55,883 nucleotides of DNA from Gnetum montanum (Eukaryota > Plantae > Gnetophyta), in assembly GCA_015680685.1 (NCBI GenBank), contig MNCI01000996.1, positions 1 through 55,883 of the forward strand, given 5' to 3'. The translations under genes and the position numbers were made by a program. A model generated the notes under the pieces. The model was given only the letters and a program-made list of their open reading frames with translations. It ran no database searches and was not told the DNA's origin. Every line of letters starts with the position of its first letter. Positions within the stretch are counted from its first letter, which is position 1. Of this stretch, positions 47,056 through 55,883 are shown in pieces.

Positions 47056-49829
47056 CTCTAGTTAGTTTCATGCACTATTTAGGATTTAGTGAAAAATCAT
47101 TCAACATTGTTGGATCAAACCTTAAAGTCACAATCATTCTAACACTAATAATAATTGTAACAAAGAACATTGTTAATTTTCTTCTAATCCAAGATATCTT
47201 CTTCTCACAGGGATGATTCTTTGCCTAAATTTGAGCACACATCCAATCAAAGGAATGAACGATCAAATTAGCTAGTGCCCCAACAATGTTGAGTGGTATA
47301 TACTCATCCTAATGAGTATGTGCCCAATTTCACCTTCATCATACATTAAGATGATTAGATGCAGTAGAGAGACATGGAGGACAACATTGTGTTGCTGCCT
47401 GATCAATCAATTTCTATGATGCTCCAACAAACTCTTATAAGGTTGTTCATCTAGGGGATCCATGCTGAGTATGTTGTGTAGGATCATGACTCCAAGGATT
47501 ACCATCCTATTGAAGCATAATGCAAAATCGATTGACAACAGGAGAAATGCTACCAAGCTGCAAAGGGAAAACAGTTCAATAATTCCTTATTCTTGCTAGG
47601 CCAAAAAGATAGTGAGGATTCCTTCTCTAGGGATTCTCATTTCATTGACTCCTCCCCTTGGTTTCAACAAAGTGGATTTAAACCAGAATTTACAGTCCAT
47701 TGTAAACAATCTTGGTTCAAGCAAGAATAGGTCTTGTGATCATGGGGGATCCAAAGATAGGAGTCATGACAGGGACAAGGGCAAGCATCATGATGATGAT
47801 CATGGCTATGACCATTGAAGAGGGGATGACAGGCATCATGATGCTAGTCCTCTTTTCTCTTCTTCCTCTAACTCTAATTGAAGTTGTAGAGGATGTGCCC
47901 ATGATAGGGGTGACCGGCGGGACAAAGATGATCATGATTGTAGAGCCCGTTGGAATGATCAAGATTAGGAACATGGGCATTCAATGAAGGCTCACCACCA
48001 TAAGAGAAGGGGTAGTAGAGGGCATCATAGGAATCATGGCCATCATAGAGGCCATGACTATGATGAGCCTTTGCTTGCTACTTGAAACATGTTGAATATC
48101 GTACAGGTAGTTAGAATTCCAATAAGGCATGTGAAAGATAGCCCAATAAAGTGCTTGGATATGAACAACATTTTCAAGTTTGAAGGGGGATACAATTTAG
48201 ATTTGTGGAATAATCTACAAGCCTTTCACAATGCTTGTGCCTTGCAAAACATAGAAAATGAATGGTAAAAACTTAAGCTATTCCCTAGACCACTCATAAA
48301 GGAAGTAGAAAGTTTGTATTACCCTTTAGAGCTAGAATCAATCCGTAGATGGAGCATGGTGCTTGAGCTATTTAATGACAAATGCTAGACATACTCTTGG
48401 GTGTCCAACTTGAGAAAGCAAATCTAAGATTTAAGACAAGAAATACATGAACCCTTGGACACAGCCATGGGCAGGTACTATTCCCTTTTGTACCAATGTC
48501 TTGGCCATGGTTACTCTCAAAGGGAGCAGCTTTGCCATATCATAGATAGGCTTTGATTAGAAACAAGGAGAACTCTTGGGGTCTATGCCCAAGGGAGACT
48601 GTGAAAATTAAAAGTCCATCAAATCTAAAGGCTCATTTAGTAGGTTGCTAAAGAAGAAGGAGAACTTAGGAAAAGAGAACGTATGGAGGAGTATAATTAG
48701 GATCCTTGCATTTGAAAAAGGGAAGTTTGGTTTGTTGACAATGAGGAGGAGGCACCACTTGATGAAGTGGTGTAGCAAAAAACCTTGCTGATCTAGAAAT
48801 ATCTCTTCAAAATTTAAGCTAAGGTAGATAAAATATGGCAATGTTTGGATGAAAAGTTCCAAATGGCTCTAAAAATAGCAAAGGCATCCAAAGAGCAAAG
48901 TAGTGATCATGATCGCAGGAGAAGGAAGGATGTTGGAAATATCCACTAATGGGGTAAGGGCAAAGTTGATACCGTAGAGGAGGTTGTGGAGTTCAAATTA
49001 GATAATGATGGTGCATGTGACATTTGCCAATATGAACATCCTAAGGGATGTTGCCCTATTGTGTCACACTTTTAGGAATCTGGGGTGTACACTTTAAGTC
49101 ATTGATTGGCAAGAAGGCAAGCACCTAGAAGGTTGCCTTATCCTCAATGCAATCCAAGGTAGTTCCACCAACAACAAGCTTATTATCCATGTGGAGATCC
49201 AACACAAACGTTTGAGTAGTATCATCAATGGCAACACCCATAGCCGTGGGGGATGCCGCCACCAAGGCACGAGTACCCTTATAAATAGTTTGATCCATAT
49301 TAATACTATGTTCAACAATCCATGTCTCCACATGACTTTTCTAGTCATGCTTCTTTTCAGCATCACTATTACCCTCTTGAGTATTATAGAGCTCATTCTC
49401 CATCTCCAAGAGGGGAGCTCCCATATCATTATCATCCTCCTCATCCTTTTGTGCATGTCCCTCCATTTGCAATCCAATTACCACCTACTCCATTAATGTA
49501 GGGAAAAAATTCAGTTGAGCTACCACAACATAACACTACCAGGGCCATTAACTTACAGCTGGCTCTTGAGTTGAGTGGTTCAGAACCCAGACCCAAAAAA
49601 GACCATTCTTTCAAACCAGTAGTCCTACAAAGTCCTCATAGACAGCTAATAACCTTGCTTCTTCCTCATCCTCTACATCCAATCCATTCAATTCCCCTTC
49701 AAATCAAACACCTTCCAAAGTGCATACTATCATGCTAATCCATGCTGTAACTGATTGGATAAAGGTAGGTCACCTTCCTAGAAAAAATATCTAATCTGGG
49801 GAGTTCCTTAATCTATCTCCAAAGTGTTA

Positions 49830-52800
49830 GGAATGAGTTTTGCAAAGCTCTTTTGGATTCAAGTTCTAGTGTTAATATCATTTCTTATGAGATGTACAAA
49901 GCCTGGAACCTACGTCCACTCAAGAAGAGTAACATTCACCTTGAGTTGACAGACCAATCCATCACTATTTCCTTGGGGTTGGTGGAGGACATTGTGACTA
50001 CTATCTATGGATGGTCCTATCTTGCTAACTTCCTAGTATGTGTGGATAGCTGCAAGGGAGACTTCCCATTCATTAGGATGGCTAAGTACCATTGATGCAT
50101 GGTTGGGAATTGGAGATCTTTCCTTGGAGATTTCCAAAGAAAATGCATTTGGAAATATTGAGAAGAAGAGAGTTCCATGCATCGCGTATAGTGATACAAG
50201 GTGCAATGGTGTGTAGAAACTATGAGTCATAAAAAGCATATCAATCATAGCATGTAGACAATGTGTAAAAGAATCTAAAATTCAAAGGTGCCTATACGTA
50301 GCAACCACAAAATAGGAGGACATCCAATGGCTGACAATTGATCCTAAAAGCACCACACTTTGCGTGGAACCCACTAAGAATTTAACATGTGCCTATGTTG
50401 AAGGCATGGATGAACTAGAGTAAGTTCATCACCAACTCTATAATCATGAACTTGATGATACTTATTGGGAAGAGTTGGAGATCTTTAAGAATTTTAAATA
50501 GGAGTCTTCGGAGTTGAAAACTCTCCCTACTGGCATGGAATATGCATTTTTGAAAAATTGTAAGTCAGTGATAATCAATTCCAACCTTGCTCTTGAACAA
50601 AAAGAGATGCTATTGAAGGTGGTTAATAAATGGCCAATATCCTTTGATTGGTCACATCCTAAACTCATTGGGATTGATCCTTGAATATGCCAACATTGCA
50701 TCTATACTAATCCTTTTATAAAGCCAAAGGTAGTTGTAATGGTGGTTGAATCCTAGGTTGAAGTCAAGGAGGAGATTGAACAACTCCTCAAGGTAGGGTT
50801 CATCTATTCCATTGTAGATAGCGAGTGGGTTAGTCCACTCACAATCATGCCAAAGAAAGGTGACAACTAGAGGGTCTATATTAATTTCAGGTTGTTGAAT
50901 ATGACAACCTACAAAGATAATTTAACATTACCATTTATGGACCAGATGTTGGACATTATTTCTAGGAATTACTATTATAGCTTTTTGGATGGTTATAGTG
51001 GCTAAAACCAAATTTAGATCGCACTAGAGGATCAGGCCAAGACTACATTCACAAGTCCTTGGGAAACTTTTGCATATAGAAAGATGCCTTTTAGTTTGTG
51101 CAATGCCCCTGCAACATTCCAACACCTTGTCTTGAGCATTTTTCAATAATATATTGGTAGTGGGGTGGAATTCTTTATGGATGACTTCTCGACCTATGGT
51201 GCTACATTTGAGCAAGCCCTGGACCACCTTGAACAAGTGCAAAAGTGCATGGAGATCAATCTTTAGCTTAATTGGCAAAAGAACCATCTGATGGCCCAGA
51301 AGAGCATTGTGTTAGGGCATGGAATCTCACAAGTAGGGATTGAGGTGAACCCTGAAAAGTTTAGGGTCATCCAAGGAATCATCCATCAGCCAAAAATCAT
51401 TAAAGATGTCTGATCATTCCTTGGTTACATTGGCTACTACTGGCGATTCATAGAGAATTTTTTTAAAGATTTGGAACTTACAAAGAAAGATGTTTTGTTC
51501 ATATGGATGAAAAAAAGCAAAAAGGAATTCCAGCAACTTAAATAAAAAATTGTAGAAAATCCATTTCTACAAGCACCTAATTGGTCTTGACCATTTCACA
51601 TCATGATGGATGCATTGAACTATGCCTTGAAAGCCATGCTTATGTAGTTGGATGGTTAGAAATGTCCATACTACATCCACTACATAAGCCAAAGCATTGT
51701 GGGTGCATAACTCAACTACACCACAATAGAGAAAGAGCTAATGATGGTGGTGTATTCCTTATAGAAGTTAAGGAACTATGTGCTTGGATATAATGTGTTT
51801 GTGCACATGGAACATAATTCCATTTTCTTCCTAATGAATAAACCAACGGTGAGCCCCCATGTCATACGATGGCCTGTAATCTTGCAAAAATTCAATCCCA
51901 CCATGATAGATCGAAAGGGGATCGAGAATGTAATCACCGATCGCTTGTCTTAGTTATGATGGGATAATAAAGAGAAAAAGAGCTTACTTTTTGATTAGTT
52001 TCTTGATGAACTCCTCTTTGCTGGTGTGATAAATGAACAGGTTCCCAATGAACCTACATGGTATAATGACATCATCACTTATCTTCGCACTCAAGAGACA
52101 CCACAAGAGTTAGACTACAGGAAGAAACAATAGTTTCTTCATTAGGCCAAACACTCCATGGAGATCAATAGACACCTTTATAAGGTGTGTGTCCATGGCC
52201 TAGTTCATTGGTGTGTTCTTGATGCTGACTAACTATGCGTTTTCCAAGATGCTCACAAGGTCCCTTGTGGGGGCCACTATGCTAGGAGACACATGGCTAT
52301 TAAGATCTTGATGGTAGGGTGTTATTGGCCAAATCTCTTCAAGGACACCCATCAATTCATCTACTCTTGTGAATGTTGTCAACACGAAGCTGGGATGACT
52401 ACTCAAATGGTGGGACCTTAGCAATGGATTCAACCACTGAAACTCTTCAACATCTATGGCATAGATTTCATGGGTCCCATCACACCCATGTGGAAAAACA
52501 AGGTGTACATAATAATCATTATTAACTATTGTATAAAATGAGAAAAATTAACAACCATCACTGATTGTACATCTTCTACTACTACATGGTTTGTACAACA
52601 AAATGTTGTAAAGAGGTTTGGGGTGCCATGTGCATTGATTTTTGATAATGGTACTCACTTTATAGGCACCACCTTTTGAAAGCTCATGCAACGATTGTAG
52701 GTTGAACATAAACTAACAATACCCTACCACCCTTAAGCCAAAATTCAAGCAAAGGTTACCAATACAGAGATCTCAAAAATCCCAACAAGAACAAATATAG

Positions 52801-53305
52801 GAGAGACTAGAGCACAAAACTCAAGAATGCTCTTTGGGCTTAGTACTCAATATGGAAACTCCCTATAGGCTACTCTGTCTATGAGCTAGTGTATAGGAAA
52901 TTACCACTTCCAATTTAATGTGAGCTCCATACACTTTCAACAGCTTGTGACCTTGACCTTGATCTAAGCCTAGCACAAAAAGAAAGATTGATCAACCTTA
53001 ACATACTAGATGAGAATAGATTGGTGGCCTAGTCCTTGAATGAAGTGCATAAGGCATAAGGCATTCAATAAAAAATGTCATGACCTTAGAATAAGGAAAG
53101 TAAAATTTCAACCTAGAGACAAGGTCCTTTACTGGAACCTCACACATGTGCCACAATGAATCAAGTTCCAAATATTGTGGGAAGGACCTTTAATCATTTT
53201 TGAAACCTTTCCTTCTAGGGCCATGTTGATATAAAAACTTGAGAGCATAAACAAAAAGCAACTGGTCAACATGCAATAACTTAAACCTTTCCATGAGCCT
53301 AAGTA
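49830..53305 (+). pseudogene. Ty3/gypsy pol pseudogene (protease, RT, RNase H, integrase)
   Basis: ALLDSSSSVNII; DSEWVSPL..PKKG; YSFLDGYSG; MPFSLCNAPATFQ; FMDDFS; HKVPCGGHYA; GIDFMGP; DNGTHF; many stops and frameshifts. Confidence 0.92.
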
Positions 53306-55774
53306 AGCTAGTGTAAGCAACACCTCTTTAGATTGACAGCCTTGCTTAATCTTTCGGATCTCTTCCTTTAAACATAGTTGTGGAGGAGATGGCCATTCAT
53401 GCTAATCCTATAAGTAGCTCCTCAGTTTTTATACCTTTTTGTTTTACTGTTTCTTTATTTTATACTTTTTGTTTTACACCTTGTTGATTTTACACCTTTT
53501 TGTTTTACACGTTGTTATTTTTTATCATTTTTTGTTTTACAACATCATTAGCATGTCTTATCTTTTTTTGAATATTTTACAATTTGTTTTATATTTTAAT
53601 TTATTTTGGTGTGTTTTTCTTATTGTGTTCTAATAAATTGCTTTGTTGCCAACATGACACAGTGATGCTGTAGCTGTTTGCTAATGGTGGTTTGTACTTA
53701 ATGTTTTTGATTACTAATGTCTAATGTCTATTTTTTGAGTTTTAATATTGATAACTAAGACAAAGTTTCTTTTTCATGAAATAGGTAGTGAGTTCATACC
53801 ATCCACCCATCCACAACAATCTATGGTGTTCTTGGTTTTGGAAATATGAGGCTTTTTTCATTAATGAAACTTTAACTAACTTGCGGCTTTGGTAGTTTTC
53901 AAACTTGGAAAAGATCAAATGGATTGATAAGGGTGTGACTTCAAAGGAACTTAATGCTCTTTGTATTTTTCTACTTACATGAGTGCATGAGTGTTTTTCA
54001 TGGATTTCTTACTATTCCATGTTGACGAATAATAGGAAGTTAATAAGTATTTGCATTGTGTGGTTCCCATCTAAAAATCCATAAAAACATAAAACAATAA
54101 TTTAAAAAACAAAAAATAAAAAATATGGGAATTCAAAGAACACCCTTTAGAAAAATAACAAGCTACAAGCACTAGTTATGGGACTAGAAAGATATGTTGC
54201 CCATGCCTAAAGGTCCCCTCTAAATAAGGCCCTTTCTCACATCTTACTTCTATTTTCTTCTCTAAAAAGGAATGGTTATTGATCTATGGAAGCATTCTTA
54301 TGTCTTGAGGAGGTGGATTAATTTTAGGGTGCCAATGCAAAGTCATTGAAAGTGGTTGGTTTTGATATGGACTAAGGATGGACTTTATCGGGTCATTTAA
54401 CCACAAAATTCACAAGGGATTTCATGTGACCATGAGATGGAACTCCATTCCATCTTCTCTCTTCATCCATTAATGCTTCCTATAATTCCCCTTAGTGCTA
54501 ATTTTCATGTTTTGTTCAATGTCTTAGTATAATGTGTTAAAATTCTTAGGTGAATTCTTTCAGATTCAATCCTTAACTTTTCGTAATCATTAATCAACTA
54601 TGGGGCCCATGGACTCCTTGGTTTGAGATTATGGAATGGAAAAAAGGGCACAAGCTTGCTATGGGAAGGATCCGCTTGCATATCTCTTGGTTGGACTAGT
54701 TAAGGTTTTTATCCTTAGGCATTCCCACAATCAAATATTTTGTGTGCCTCATCAGTTGCATCCAATTGTGCACTCCTTAAGGCATTTCTCCAATAACATT
54801 TCATTCTCCCATCATTTCTCCAAATTTTTTGTGAATTCATAAGCCCTCTTCAAGAATTTTATTGTGTTCATGCCTTTTCTATCTCTTTGTAGACCCCAAT
54901 TTCATGTTAAAACTCCTTGAATTTTTCAAAATATTGAAAGTGAAAAATTTTCTAGAACAACTTTGTCGACAAGACCCTGTATATGCATCCCACCCGTTGA
55001 CATGATCCCATCAATGGGACCTCATTGATGTAAGGCAAAAACTGTCTATATATACATAGTGACACAAGAATTTTTCACATTTGAGCCAAAATGAGGGGGG
55101 AGTTGTTGAACTTTTCAAAGTCCAGAATCTTCTAAGAGCCATATCTTCCTAATTGTATGTTTGATTCACTCCGTTCTTCAATCCTATAGCTACCAAAGGT
55201 AAGCAAACCTTAAGATTTTGATCAAAACTTTTTCAAAAATTTTCTAAATCCCAAAAAGGTTTAACTAAGAAACCAACTTAAAAACATCAAATTATGAGAG
55301 TTAAACCCTTTCAATAAGCTCTAGTGACATTAAAAATTAAATAACATTAAAATAATAATAAAATAATCAATTTTCCATGGTCAAAACTTAGCCTAAGTGT
55401 AACAACCTAACAAGAAAAGGTACTTAAAGATTATAAGTTACACATTATATGCTAATCCTTGGTTATTTTGTAAACATAGATGGCACTTAAAGTAAGCATG
55501 TGCAGGAAGGAGGACAATCCCAACAAAGGGAAAAATAGCCATGAACTAGAAGGGGCCAAGAATAGCCATGACAGCTTCTCATAAGGGCAAAAAAATATGC
55601 ATGGAATGAACTAAGGCAACTCATGCCAACAACCATGGCATAGACACATTGGAACGTGAGCGTTGCCAACTTCCACCCCTGAATCTAAGATCATCATTTG
55701 GGAGAAGTTGGGCACTGCTTAGAAATTCAAATAGGCGCTCAATATTTCAGATCTCTCCCTCACAACTCAGTCAT

Positions 55775-55883
55775 GGGGGAGATGGCCACCTATGCTAACC
55801 ATATGGGGCCCTCGGGTTCTTTTTCAGTTTTTGTTTTACACCTTTTTGTTTTACAACGTTTTTGTTTTACACATTTTTGTTTT
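55775..55883 (+). repeat. Second copy of the post-integrase 3' region with TTTTTGTTTTACAC repeats
   Basis: GGAGATGGCCA..ATGCTAA followed by TTTTGTTTTACA units, matching ~53385-53545. Confidence 0.65.

Larger units (their letters stand above)
46925..54500 (+). mobile_element. Athila-like Ty3/gypsy retrotransposon, decayed (outer limits approximate)
   Basis: LTR end CATCA at 47036, PBS, gag remnant at ~48100-48900, then PR-RT-RH-IN in gypsy order and a long T-rich 3' region. Confidence 0.85.

Overview
AT-rich land-plant nuclear DNA, not prokaryotic. It holds one intact 19-exon gene on the + strand (14072-43502; spliced CDS 2616 nt, 871 aa) encoding nuclear cap-binding protein subunit 1 (CBP80/ABH1/NCBP1). 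All 18 introns are GT-AG and in phase. The flanks are nested, decayed Ty3/gypsy LTR retrotransposons: a three-layer nest with a tandem plus inverted LTR arrangement at 1-9364, and an Athila-like element from about 46925 onward. The introns carry further elements: two solo-LTR-like sequences, RTE-LINE and SINE-like relics, and two unusual ones. (1) A complete but decayed Merlin/IS1595-ISXO2-type DDE transposon in intron 7, a superfamily not normally listed among land-plant DNA transposons. (2) A young GC-rich L1-like LINE in intron 11 with a perfect TSD and poly(A) tail and a long stop-free ORF1. Its ORF2 has lost the endonuclease catalytic half and the RT core, and runs in frame into a ~340-codon extra domain resembling the plant retroelement accessory protein family (Transposase_32-like). 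All protein family calls come from hand translation and motif recognition, not from database searches.
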